From an uncultured delta proteobacterium (GTDB lineage: Bacteria; Desulfobacterota; Desulfobacteria; Desulfobacterales; JAFDCJ01), in assembly GCA_963769935.1 (NCBI GenBank), contig CAVYNY010000010.1, positions 480,001 to 544,000 on the forward strand: a DNA stretch of 64,000 nt. The letters run 5' to 3'. The translations under genes were made by a program, and so were the position numbers. The notes under the pieces are model-generated. The model did not search any database. It saw nothing but the letters and a program-made list of their open reading frames with translations, and was not told the DNA's origin. This document shows positions 52,122 through 61,324 of this stretch, in pieces; the first letter of the stretch is position 1, and the number at the start of each line of letters is the position of its first letter.

Positions 52122-53039
52122 TTAGTGATCGGCATTGAGCGGAAACACCATTTTCCCGGACAGACTCAGATCATAGCCGGAAATTTTACCAACCAGGTCC
52201 TTAAACTCTTTTTCATGGAGCAGCCCCAGGAAGCGCTGAATATTTTCGTCAAAAAACCGATCCCGGGCAATCATCAGATCAAACCGTTCCCAGCGCAGCG
52301 GGAGAAAATCGAGGTTCAAAAGACCGGCCACGGCTTTAATGCCGGGACCGGCATCCACGCGTTGGGACAAGACTTCGAGACCGACGTCCAAATGGCGCGC
52401 AACTTCGGTGGTATATCCTTCAATTTTTTCACCCTTCAGACCGGCTTTTTGCAGTTCCTTGTCGAACAACAGGCGTGTGCCGGTGCCCAGAGACCGGTTG
52501 ACGATCTTTATTCCCGGCCGCCCAAGATCGGCCACCGCTGATATCTTTTTGGGATTGCCCTTGGTCAGGAGAATCCCCTGTTCGCGGCGGCAGAAATTAA
52601 GAACTGCCGGTGCTCGGTCCAGTTCCTTGATCGCGAAATCAAAATTATATTCATGCTCATCTTCCTGGAGCAGATGGCTGGAAGCAATGTGACAGAGGTT
52701 TTTGCGCAGCGCCTGCAGCCCGCCCATGCTTCCGAGATTGCCGAAAACGGCTACCTGACCGGAATTGAGACGGTTGTAAAGCGAGAGCGTTCGATCCAGC
52801 AGCAAGTCGTTGCTTCCGGCAACGATGAGCAGCCCCTGCAAGACCGGCAGCTGAGCGGCCGCTTCCGGATAATTGATGGTATTGGCTTCAATCCATTGTT
52901 GCACCAGGTGCTTGGGGAAAAGCCATTTGCCGGTAATCTTTGTGGCCGGCAGTCCTTTTTCCGAGACGAGGGCATACACCATTTTTTCGTTGATATTTAG
53001 AAACCGAGCCACTTCTTTCGTGGAAAAAAGTTCGTCCAT
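52122..53039 (-). CDS. Excisionase-like HTH + molybdate/tungstate PBP regulator (TaoR-like architecture)
   Basis: STKEVARFL...LPATKITGKWLFP; AGSND, GSMGGL, REQG, NRSLGTGTRLL. Confidence 0.82.
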   Translation of the reverse strand: MDELFSTKEVARFLNINEKMVYALVSEKGLPATKITGKWLFPKHLVQQWIEANTINYPEAAAQLPVLQGLLIVAGSNDLLLDRTLSLYNRLNSGQVAVFGNLGSMGGLQALRKNLCHIASSHLLQEDEHEYNFDFAIKELDRAPAVLNFCRREQGILLTKGNPKKISAVADLGRPGIKIVNRSLGTGTRLLFDKELQKAGLKGEKIEGYTTEVARHLDVGLEVLSQRVDAGPGIKAVAGLLNLDFLPLRWERFDLMIARDRFFDENIQRFLGLLHEKEFKDLVGKISGYDLSLSGKMVFPLNADH

Positions 53040-53227
53040 CGCGGGGCAGCCTTAATTTGTTGTCAATTTGAATCTAATCGGGTAAACCAAAAGTAAAAAT
53101 AAAGTTATTCAGCTACAGGATTGCGCCAATATTTGTCAATATATTTCTTTTAGAATCCATGTTTTAGAAAATATATAACCTATACTTACTCCAACGAACA
53201 TCTAAGACCGAAGAAAGGACAGGAAGG

Positions 53228-53920
53228 ATGAAAACCATCGGCCTGATCGGCGGCATGAGCTGGGAGTCCTCCATCGAATATTACCGCATCATCAATGAAG
53301 CCACCCGCGATGAGCTGGGCGGGTTGCATTCGGCCAAAAGCATCATGTATTCGGTGGAGTTTGCCGAGGTCGAAGCCCTGCAGCATGCGGGCCGCTGGCA
53401 CGAGGCGGCTCGCATTTTAATCGCGGCCGCCCAAGGTCTGGAAAAAGCCGGGGCGGATTTTGTTCTCATCTGTACAAACACGATGCATAAATTGTATGAT
53501 GACGTACAGCGACAGATTACGATTCCCATGCTGCACATCGCCGATGCAACAGCCCAAGTCATACAGGCCGGGGGCCTCGGCCGGGTCGGTTTGCTGGGGA
53601 CCCGGTTCACCATGGAAGAAGATTTTTACAAGGGCCGGCTGATTGAAAAGTACGGTCTGGAGGTTATCGTTCCCACGGCCGAAGAAATGACAGAGGTTCA
53701 TCGGATTATTTACGAAGAATTATGCGCCGGTAAAATCATCGCTGCTTCCAGACAAACCTACATTGACATCATAAAACGCGTCGTCGGCGAGGGGGCTGAG
53801 GGCGTCATTTTGGGCTGCACTGAAATCGGATTGCTGGTCGGGCCGGAAGACAGTTCCGTTCCGCTGTTTGATACAACTGCAATTCACGCTAAAGCAGCTG
53901 TGCGATATGCTTTAGGTTGA
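53228..53920 (+). CDS. Aspartate/glutamate racemase family (RacX/YgeA-like)
   Basis: IGLIGGMSWES, ICTNTMH, LGCTEI, FDTT. Confidence 0.92.
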   Translation: MKTIGLIGGMSWESSIEYYRIINEATRDELGGLHSAKSIMYSVEFAEVEALQHAGRWHEAARILIAAAQGLEKAGADFVLICTNTMHKLYDDVQRQITIPMLHIADATAQVIQAGGLGRVGLLGTRFTMEEDFYKGRLIEKYGLEVIVPTAEEMTEVHRIIYEELCAGKIIAASRQTYIDIIKRVVGEGAEGVILGCTEIGLLVGPEDSSVPLFDTTAIHAKAAVRYALG

Positions 53921-54046
53921 AATGATTTGCCTGACCGGACTCGCTTAATGAAAGAACGCCGGCGTCGCCTGGCAACGCTCTAGGCAAACATGACCAAAAA
54001 GGCTTTAACATCAAAAGTTTGGATATTACAAATTGTTCGCAGAGAA

Positions 54047-54087
54047 GCCGGGATTCAAGCATTGGATATATATGCTTGAATCCCGGC
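54047..54087. terminator. 16-bp perfect inverted repeat between convergent genes
   Basis: gccgggattcaagcat-N9-atgcttgaatcccggc. Confidence 0.6.
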
Positions 54088-54140
54088 GTATTAAAAAATC
54101 ATTCGAAAGAACAGGGCTCGTTTAAATCTGACTCCAAAGA

Positions 54141-56411
54141 TCAGGCTTTCCTTATCCTTAAGTAGGTCAGTCCCGAGGCAATTACCATCGGAACGACGCC
54201 GATAATGATCAGGATCAGGTGCGACGGCATGCTGAACCATTCGAGCATTCGAATACGGTCCGTGCCGATGAATTCGAGACTGCGGGCATGCCAGTAGCCA
54301 TTTTGAAGCACATCCCAAACCTGCAAAATACCTTCCGGAAACAAATTGGTGATCACCATCAGGGCCAGCCCGATGTTCAGGCCCCAGAAGGAAACCTTGA
54401 CAAATTTTTGCGGCAGCACCCACTGTTCAGCCGTCAGCACGTGGCGCAGGCCTAAAACCAGCAGGGCCATGGCCAGCATGCCGAACGCTCCCAGCAAGGC
54501 GGCATGGCCATGGTTCAGGGTTAATACGGTGCCTGCTTCAAAGTAGCTGACAACCGGCATATTGATCAGGAATCCGAATATGCCGGCGCCCACAAAGTTC
54601 CAGAATCCGACCGCCATTAAAAAATAAAAGGCCCATTTGTGGGGGATGCTTTTTTTCGGCGAACCGGCGGCGCCACCGGATCCGGTCAACTTGATAAAGT
54701 CCCAGGCGTCGAGCGTGAGCAGGGTGAGCGGCACCACTTCAAGCGCCGAAAACATAGCCGCCAGCGCCATGGTAAAGTTGGCCTGGCCTGTCCAATACCA
54801 GTGGTGGGCCGTGCCGATAATGCCGCCCGCCAAAAAGAGGATGGCATCCATGTAAATGACCCGCACCACATTAATGCGCCGGACGACCCCCAGTTGGTAG
54901 AATGTGACCGCAACCAGCACGGTTACAAACAGCTCAAAGAAGCCTTCCACCCAAAGGTGGATAATCCAGAACCGCCACGTGTCCACCACTGTAAAATTGG
55001 AGGTGCTGCTGAAAAAGAAGGCCGGCAGGTAAAAAAACGGGATAGCGGCGGCGCCGCCTAAGAAAAGCAGCGTAATTTCCCGCCGCTCCGGGTCCTTCAA
55101 GGCCGGTGCGGTCGTGCGGTAGAGAAGTCCCAACCAGAAGCTGAACCCGATCACCAGGATGACTTGCCAAAACCGCCCGAGCTCCAGATATTCCCAGCCC
55201 TGGTGTCCAAACCAGGACCATAAACCGCCGAACAGCTGATGAATGCCCGCCAGTTCGCCCAGCAGGCTGCCGGCCACCAATACCACGAGGGCCCCGAACA
55301 GCATGTGAACGCCCAGCGCATGTCCCCGCGGTTCCTTCTGGCTCAGAGAAGAGGCCAGCAACAGGCCGCCGGCGATGTAGGCGGTGGCAATCCAGAAAAT
55401 GGCCAGCTGAAGGTGCCAGGTGCGCAGAATGTTACTCGGCAGGTACTGCGCCAGGTCGATGCCGTAGAAACTTCCGGGTTCGGCCCGATAGTGGGCCAGG
55501 GCGCCGCCGATCATGACCTGCGCAAAAAAAAGCAGCGCCACAATAAGAAAATACTTGACGGTCGCCTTCTGTCCGGCGGTAGCTTCGCCGGACAGAAGGT
55601 GGGGGTGAACAGCCTCGGGACCGCCTTTCCAGCCCAGATAATCGAACTTTCCGAAAACAAACAGCACGACAGCCAAACCGGCCAGCAGCATGGCAACGCT
55701 CAGGGCACTCCAGATAATCGCGTTACTGGTCAAACGGTTGCCGGCCGTCGGGTCATAGGGGAAGTTATTGGTATACGAGTAAGGTTTTCCGGGACGATTG
55801 GCGACACTGGCCCAGGCCGTCCAGGCAAAAAAGGCGGTCAGCCGGCGAATTTCGGCCGGGTCATTGATGTAATTGTCCGGCAGGCCTGAATTGGCAATCG
55901 GCTTCTTGAAATAATCGGTCCAGAACGATAGCTGCTTTTGGAATGAATCTTTTTCAGCATCTGTAAAGGTCAACTGCTTGGATGCGGGATCGTAGCGATT
56001 TTCCTTGAGGAGAATGGCAACCCGGGAATCTACCAGCGCCCGCCGGGATTCATCCAATGCCGCCAAATCCGAACCAAATGTCTGCCTGGCGATTGCCTGT
56101 CCGGCTGCCAGGGTGAGTTCGTGCAGGTACCGCGCCGAAAAATCCGGCCCCAAATAAGATCCATGGCCCCAGATCGACCCGTTCTGCATGAGACCGTATT
56201 TTAAAAAAACCTGTTGACCCGCTCCGATCTCCTGCCCGCTGAATACCATTTTGCCGGCGGAATCGACAACTTTTTCAGGAATGGGCGGAGCATTTCGGTA
56301 GGCTTGCACCGACATGAAGATCAAACCGATCATACCGCCAACGAACACCAGTAAAACGCTGCGGCGCCACCAGGCCGAGAGTGTCGGGGTGGAAGATAGC
56401 TGCTCTTTCAT
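54141..56411 (-). CDS. norZ: Quinol-dependent nitric oxide reductase (qNOR)
   Basis: GSIWGHGSYLGPD, YTNNFPYD, RTWHLQ, HLWVEGFFE, GTAHHWYW, ALEV, NHGH. Confidence 0.93.
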   Translation of the reverse strand: MKEQLSSTPTLSAWWRRSVLLVFVGGMIGLIFMSVQAYRNAPPIPEKVVDSAGKMVFSGQEIGAGQQVFLKYGLMQNGSIWGHGSYLGPDFSARYLHELTLAAGQAIARQTFGSDLAALDESRRALVDSRVAILLKENRYDPASKQLTFTDAEKDSFQKQLSFWTDYFKKPIANSGLPDNYINDPAEIRRLTAFFAWTAWASVANRPGKPYSYTNNFPYDPTAGNRLTSNAIIWSALSVAMLLAGLAVVLFVFGKFDYLGWKGGPEAVHPHLLSGEATAGQKATVKYFLIVALLFFAQVMIGGALAHYRAEPGSFYGIDLAQYLPSNILRTWHLQLAIFWIATAYIAGGLLLASSLSQKEPRGHALGVHMLFGALVVLVAGSLLGELAGIHQLFGGLWSWFGHQGWEYLELGRFWQVILVIGFSFWLGLLYRTTAPALKDPERREITLLFLGGAAAIPFFYLPAFFFSSTSNFTVVDTWRFWIIHLWVEGFFELFVTVLVAVTFYQLGVVRRINVVRVIYMDAILFLAGGIIGTAHHWYWTGQANFTMALAAMFSALEVVPLTLLTLDAWDFIKLTGSGGAAGSPKKSIPHKWAFYFLMAVGFWNFVGAGIFGFLINMPVVSYFEAGTVLTLNHGHAALLGAFGMLAMALLVLGLRHVLTAEQWVLPQKFVKVSFWGLNIGLALMVITNLFPEGILQVWDVLQNGYWHARSLEFIGTDRIRMLEWFSMPSHLILIIIGVVPMVIASGLTYLRIRKA

Positions 56412-56965
56412 TTTAATATCTCCTTCTCTAAATTTTCTATCATTTTATGGAATTCGTCGTGTTTGCCCGATCCAATTTCTTCGGTTTCTATCAATTCAAA
56501 ACCTTGCCACAATTTCACTTGCGCCTGCTCTGATAGATGCCTCTCTGCAAGCGGAAACAAAACGCCATTCTCCTTATCAATGTGTTGATCCAACAAGTTT
56601 ATATACTTCCGAGCAGTTTTCACAAATTCCGCGGCCGCCTCTCGGTTGCCGTTGGTGTATTGAGAAAGTGCAGCATTCATACTCCGGACGTATTCACGCC
56701 CCTGCTGATGTTCATGGAGCAGCACCCCAATCGGGCCGCCTTCCCTGCTGACGCCGACATTTTCCAATGCCGGAAAAAGCAGTTCTTCTTCCTTTGCATG
56801 ATGACATTTATCCACAAATACCTTAAAGAACTCCAATAGTCGATCTAAATGTCCAAGACCGATAATCTCTTCTGATTTTTCGATGCGCTGACAAATTTTA
56901 TCTAGGATTCTTAAAGTTAACCGAACCGCCTCGTGTTCCATTTTTAAATCTTTTATCGGTTGCAT
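56408..56965 (-). CDS. Hemerythrin domain protein
   Basis: EH, HHAKEEELLFP, EH, HIDKENGVLFP; start refined to MQPIKDL with RBS aggag. Confidence 0.9.
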   Translation of the reverse strand: MQPIKDLKMEHEAVRLTLRILDKICQRIEKSEEIIGLGHLDRLLEFFKVFVDKCHHAKEEELLFPALENVGVSREGGPIGVLLHEHQQGREYVRSMNAALSQYTNGNREAAAEFVKTARKYINLLDQHIDKENGVLFPLAERHLSEQAQVKLWQGFELIETEEIGSGKHDEFHKMIENLEKEILK

Positions 56966-57023
56966 GTTTTGACTCCTGTCTGATGTATTATTTCTATTAC
57001 AATTTACCGTTGGCTTCATAATC

Positions 57024-57039
57024 AGCAAGCTGTGTGCCA
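57024..57039 (-). promoter_or_regulatory. Sigma54 promoter of hemerythrin-qNOR
   Basis: TGGCAC-acagc-TTGCT. Confidence 0.82.
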
Positions 57040-57077
57040 AAAATTTTATATATTAATTTCATTTAGTTAGAGAATGT

Positions 57078-57139
57078 GTTGCTATATTTACAACAACCCA
57101 TGGTTGCTATTTTCATAACGATGTTGTAATAATCATAAC
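57078..57139. promoter_or_regulatory. Three putative NorR binding sites
   Basis: GTTGY-N7-AYAAC at 57078, 57103 and 57123. Confidence 0.72.
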
Positions 57140-57140
57140 C

Positions 57141-58718
57141 ATGGATATGCTGGATACATTGGCTTCCATAGCTGCCGACCTCACGGGTGCCCTCAGCGCC
57201 AAGGATCGTTATCAACGATTGCTCGGTGCGTTGCACCGCATTATTCCATTCGATGCGGCCGCTCTGCTGCGGTTGGAGGGAGAGGTGCTCATCCCGCTTG
57301 CGGCTCACGGACTTTTACCCAACGCTATGGGCCGTCGCTATGCCCGCAGCGATCATCCGCGGCTTGATCGTATTTGTGATTCACACGAACCTGTGTGGTT
57401 TGCAGCCGACAACTCACTTCCCGATCCATTTGACGGCTTATTGGCCAAAGATGCCGAGGCCTTGCACCACATCCACGCATGTTTGGGCTGTCCGCTGTAT
57501 GTCGATGGAATGCTTGTCGGCGCGCTGACCGCCGATGCGCTTGATCCCCATGCCTTTGATGGTCTCGATCAGGGTTTTTTGAAGGCGGTTGGCGCTATCG
57601 CCGGCGCTCAAATGCAGACGGCGAACCTGATCGAGGCTTTGGAACACAGCGCCGAGCTTCAGGGGCTGATTGCCAGCGACTTGATGCAGGATATACATCG
57701 GCGTCAGGGAAGCCAAATTATCGGCAGCAGCCGGATCATGGATCACCTGCGACGTGAGATCGATTTGGTCGCAGCCTCGGATTTCACCGTAATGGTTTTA
57801 GGGGAGACCGGTGTCGGCAAGGAATTAGTGGTCCGCGCCATTCACGCTGCTTCGGCCCGCAGCGATGGCCCGATGCTTTACCTGAATTGTGCCGCTCTGC
57901 CCGAGACGCTGGCCGAGACCGAGCTTTTTGGGCACCTGAAGGGCGCATTTACCGGGGCCGGCCGAGACAGGGCGGGAAAATTCGAGTTGGCCGATAAAGG
58001 GACTTTGTTTTTGGATGAAGTCGGCGAACTGCCCGCCTCAATCCAGGCCAAGTTATTAAGAGCAATCCAGGAAGGTGAAATCCAGCGAGTCGGTTCAGAA
58101 AAGACGATCCACGTGGACGTGCGACTGCTTGTTGCTACGAATCGGGACCTTGATGCGGAAGTCAAACGAGGAAGGTTTAGAGCGGACCTTTATCATCGGC
58201 TTAATGTTTACCCCATAAAAGTACCGGCTTTGTGTGAGCGCAGAGAGGATATCCCGCTGCTGACGGGGTATTTTTGTGAACGGACGCAGCGTCGCCTGGG
58301 TCTGGGCCCGGTACGAATCAGTACCCATGCCGTTGAAATTTTGAGTCGCTATTCCTGGCCGGGAAACGTACGGGAGTTGGAAAATATTATTTCACGAGCA
58401 ATACTTAAGGCCTCGTCTGAATCGCCCCGCGGCAATCCGGTTATCATTAAACCAATTCATCTGGGTGGTGATTTAATAGCCTTGGATGCGAATGTCCAGC
58501 TTGCATCACCCGACTTTGATCCGCTGATATCAAAAGAGCTGAATCTTCAGGAGGCGGTTCAACAGTTTAAAAAACAACTGATTCAGCGTGTTCTGACTAA
58601 AAATGACGGCAATTGGGCCGCTACCGCCAAAGATTTAGGAATGCACCGGAGCAATCTTCATCATCTCGCTGCCCGTTTGGGCCTGCGCAAAAAAGCAAAA
58701 AAACGCGATTCAAAATGA
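57141..58718 (+). CDS. norR: NO-responsive sigma54 activator (GAF-AAA-HTH)
   Basis: HPRL, LPDPFDGL, HACLGCPL, LTADAL; GETGVGKE, GAFTGA; divergent from qNOR. Confidence 0.93.
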   Translation: MDMLDTLASIAADLTGALSAKDRYQRLLGALHRIIPFDAAALLRLEGEVLIPLAAHGLLPNAMGRRYARSDHPRLDRICDSHEPVWFAADNSLPDPFDGLLAKDAEALHHIHACLGCPLYVDGMLVGALTADALDPHAFDGLDQGFLKAVGAIAGAQMQTANLIEALEHSAELQGLIASDLMQDIHRRQGSQIIGSSRIMDHLRREIDLVAASDFTVMVLGETGVGKELVVRAIHAASARSDGPMLYLNCAALPETLAETELFGHLKGAFTGAGRDRAGKFELADKGTLFLDEVGELPASIQAKLLRAIQEGEIQRVGSEKTIHVDVRLLVATNRDLDAEVKRGRFRADLYHRLNVYPIKVPALCERREDIPLLTGYFCERTQRRLGLGPVRISTHAVEILSRYSWPGNVRELENIISRAILKASSESPRGNPVIIKPIHLGGDLIALDANVQLASPDFDPLISKELNLQEAVQQFKKQLIQRVLTKNDGNWAATAKDLGMHRSNLHHLAARLGLRKKAKKRDSK

Positions 58719-58740
58719 AAAGCGCCGGCCGGAAAAACAA

Positions 58741-58774
58741 AACGGCAGAGCTCTTTAAGAAGAACTCCGCCGTT
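58741..58774. terminator. Hairpin between convergent norR and helicase
   Basis: aacggcagag...ctccgccgtt. Confidence 0.45.
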
Positions 58775-58838
58775 GAAATGAATTAGCTGAAATTGAGCGG
58801 GAAAATTTTGTTTTGATCCCTGACTCAGGTTTTAATTT

Positions 58839-60008
58839 TTAGCGCGGATTTCCCGCCCACTGCGAACGGCCTTCACGCTTGGGTGCGGGCGATCCGTAGT
58901 CAAAAGTTGATAGGGTGCGCTGTTCGATTTCGGAACCGATAATTCGATTGATGGCGCGCACCATATCCTTGTCTTCTCCGGTAACAAGGGTAAACGCTTC
59001 GCCGCTGCGAGTTGCCCGGCCCGTCCGTCCGATGCGGTGAATGTATGCCTCGGGGGTGGAAGGGATATCATAGTTGATGACATGCGAAATCTGGGTAACG
59101 TCGATGCCGCGCGCGGCGATATCGGTAGCCACCAGAATCTTATAGGTCCCGTTGCGAAAGCCGTCCAGGGTTGCCTGGCGGCGTGTCTGGGAAAGGTTCC
59201 CCTGCAGGGAAGCCGATCGGTAGCCCGCAGCAGCAAGCTTTTGCCCCAGGCTCTTGGCGCGATGTTTGGTCCGGGTAAAAACCAGCACCGATCTGGTATG
59301 GGTGTTGCCCAGCAGCTTTAGCAGCAGCGCCGTTTTTAAATGCTGGGCTACCGGGTAAAGTGCGTGGCTGACCGTATCCGCAGGGGCGGTGATTCCCACC
59401 TGGACGGTGGCCGGATCCTGCAGGATATCCCCGGCCAGGCGGCGAATTTCGGTGGGCATGGTGGCCGAGAAGAGGAGCGTCTGGCGCTTCTTGGGAAGAT
59501 GTTTTAAAATTCGCCGGATATCGGGAATAAATCCCATGTCGAGCATCTGGTCGGCTTCATCGATAACCAGCACCTCCACTTGGGAAAGATCGATGCTGGA
59601 ACGTCCGATATGGTCTATAAGCCGGCCGGGGCAGGCAACGACAATATCGGCACGCTTCAGATTCTGAATCTGCGGCTGAATGCCCACGCCGCCGTAAACA
59701 GAAACGCTTCGGATGCGCGTCTTACGGCCCAGCGTTTCGATCGCCTGATGAGTCTGTTCGGCCAGTTCACGGGTAGGGGCGACGATCAGGGCGCGCACGC
59801 CTCCGTATTTACTCCCCACCAGTCGATTAAGTATCGGCAGCACGAAGGCCGCCGTTTTTCCGGTGCCCGTTTGGGCCATACCCATTATATCACGACCACT
59901 AGATACCAGCGGAATGGCCCGAGTCTGAATCGGGGTCGGGGTTTCATAACCCGCCGCTGCAACGCCTGCCGCAACGGAGGGATGAAAATTAAATGTTTCA
60001 AAGTTCAA
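58839..60008 (-). CDS. DEAD-box RNA helicase (RhlE-like)
   Basis: TPIQ, AQTGTGKT, PTRELA, DEAD, SAT, ARGID, HRIGRTGR. Confidence 0.95.
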   Translation of the reverse strand: MNFETFNFHPSVAAGVAAAGYETPTPIQTRAIPLVSSGRDIMGMAQTGTGKTAAFVLPILNRLVGSKYGGVRALIVAPTRELAEQTHQAIETLGRKTRIRSVSVYGGVGIQPQIQNLKRADIVVACPGRLIDHIGRSSIDLSQVEVLVIDEADQMLDMGFIPDIRRILKHLPKKRQTLLFSATMPTEIRRLAGDILQDPATVQVGITAPADTVSHALYPVAQHLKTALLLKLLGNTHTRSVLVFTRTKHRAKSLGQKLAAAGYRSASLQGNLSQTRRQATLDGFRNGTYKILVATDIAARGIDVTQISHVINYDIPSTPEAYIHRIGRTGRATRSGEAFTLVTGEDKDMVRAINRIIGSEIEQRTLSTFDYGSPAPKREGRSQWAGNPR

Positions 60009-60034
60009 TAAATGCCTTCTTTCTGTGTTTCCAT

Positions 60035-60064
60035 AAAAAAAGCCCCGGAGATATTCCGGGGCTT
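60035..60064 (-). terminator. Intrinsic terminator in the helicase leader
   Basis: aagccccgga-atatc-tccggggc followed by T7 on the minus strand. Confidence 0.75.
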
Positions 60065-60107
60065 ACGTGATTTTTAGTTACAACCAGGAACACTGTTATT
60101 TTTAGTG

Positions 60108-60136
60108 ATCATACAGGCAGTTGGAACTGCTGTCAA
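60108..60136 (-). promoter_or_regulatory. Sigma70 promoter
   Basis: TTGACA-17-TATGAT. Confidence 0.75.
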
Positions 60137-60182
60137 GTAAATAATATTTTGAGGATGGAACATACAGACAATTATGGATTCC

Positions 60183-60482
60183 TTACCCCCTCCAAGGTTT
60201 GACCTCCAATGTTAACCCTTCCACCTTTTGAATAACTACTCTATCACCCGGTAATAAAGTGACTTCACTGACAGCCTGCCATAGTTCCCCATTCACGAAA
60301 ACTTTTCCCTCATTCTTCTTCCACTGTCTGACCTCACCCACCTTACCCAACATGCCCGACACTCCACAAACAGATTTTCTCTTTCTTCCTTTGATAAACC
60401 AGAACAGAGGAAAGACCACGTGCTCAATGAACTCAAAGAGGAAAAATCCAATAACCAGAGTCCATATTATGGTTTTTGTCAT
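60183..60482 (-). CDS. NfeD-family protein
   Basis: TM, then GMLGKVGEV...GKVFVNGELWQA...GDRVVIQKVEGLTLEV. Confidence 0.85.
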   Translation of the reverse strand: MTKTIIWTLVIGFFLFEFIEHVVFPLFWFIKGRKRKSVCGVSGMLGKVGEVRQWKKNEGKVFVNGELWQAVSEVTLLPGDRVVIQKVEGLTLEVKPWRG

Positions 60483-60519
60483 CTTTTGATTCCGTGTTTA
60501 CACAAAGGTTCAAGAAGGT

Positions 60520-60711
60520 TCAAGCATTAAGCCCTGCCAGCCAATCACCTGCCCAATGTGTAATTTCAATCACTACGATTGCGATCATGAGGTGTTCCCC
60601 AACAATCTTCCAAGGTCGCTCACTCTGGGATTTTGCAATAATGTAGCTCAGCAGTGTGAGGATTGACAACCCCCATATCAGACTAATATCAGCAGCGGGC
60701 ATCGGCCCCAT
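60520..60711 (-). pseudogene. C-terminal fragment of a membrane protein (VIT1/CCC1-like)
   Basis: Two TMs, LSYIIAK...PWKIVGEHL..IT.W.G; no N-terminal part. Confidence 0.4.
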
Positions 60712-60740
60712 TTCGGCTGAAAAGAATTGTCAGGCGAATA

Positions 60741-61322
60741 TCACCTGGGAACCTTGACATCGTCATCATCATAAATTCCTTTTTCGGCGCTTGTATGACA
60801 TGCCGGACAGTTCGCCAACGAACCAACGGATTCACGCTTGAATACTGCAGGGTCCAGTTTATGATGCTTTCTACGAATGTAAGGAATGTCGGTGATCTTA
60901 TCAGGTGCCCGTCTTCCTAAACTATTAATGATTTTTACGGGCATCTTGGCTGAAGAGCCTTCTGCTGCATTCGTTTTCAGATAGTCGGATATGGTTTTTA
61001 TTGTAGCCGGTTCGGCCCCAATTTCCTCTCCGAAATGGTCATTGAGTTGATTCATAATTGCCAGCCATGAGGCGGACGGCAACAGCTCCGGCTGATAAGC
61101 GAAATGGCACTCACCACATGTTTCTTTATACGCCTGGTTGGTTACGGGTTTCAGATAGTCCTTACGATCATGATCTTCATTATCATCATCACTTTTTTGA
61201 GATCCCTCTCGATACCGGTGTCTTTTTTTGTAATGATCATCATCGGCTGAAACATCAAAAAATAAACTCAGGGTCAACAAAAGCGATATTGCCAATAGGA
61301 CATATTTGGTGCAGTTTTTCAT
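60741..61322 (-). CDS. Diheme cytochrome c (DHC family)
   Basis: Signal peptide; CGECH-FAYQPELLP..SW, HFG, SLANCPACH. Confidence 0.88.
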   Translation of the reverse strand: MKNCTKYVLLAISLLLTLSLFFDVSADDDHYKKRHRYREGSQKSDDDNEDHDRKDYLKPVTNQAYKETCGECHFAYQPELLPSASWLAIMNQLNDHFGEEIGAEPATIKTISDYLKTNAAEGSSAKMPVKIINSLGRRAPDKITDIPYIRRKHHKLDPAVFKRESVGSLANCPACHTSAEKGIYDDDDVKVPR

Positions 61323-61324
61323 AT

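Noticed and set aside
54141..56411. Possible NO dismutase (Nod)
   Set aside because: Canonical qNOR motifs (HLWVEGFFE, GTAHH, NHGH) are intact, with none of the active-site substitutions expected for Nod.
56966..57040. N-terminal extension of the hemerythrin ORF
   Set aside because: The TTG start lies inside the sigma54 promoter; an RBS supports the ATG at 56965.
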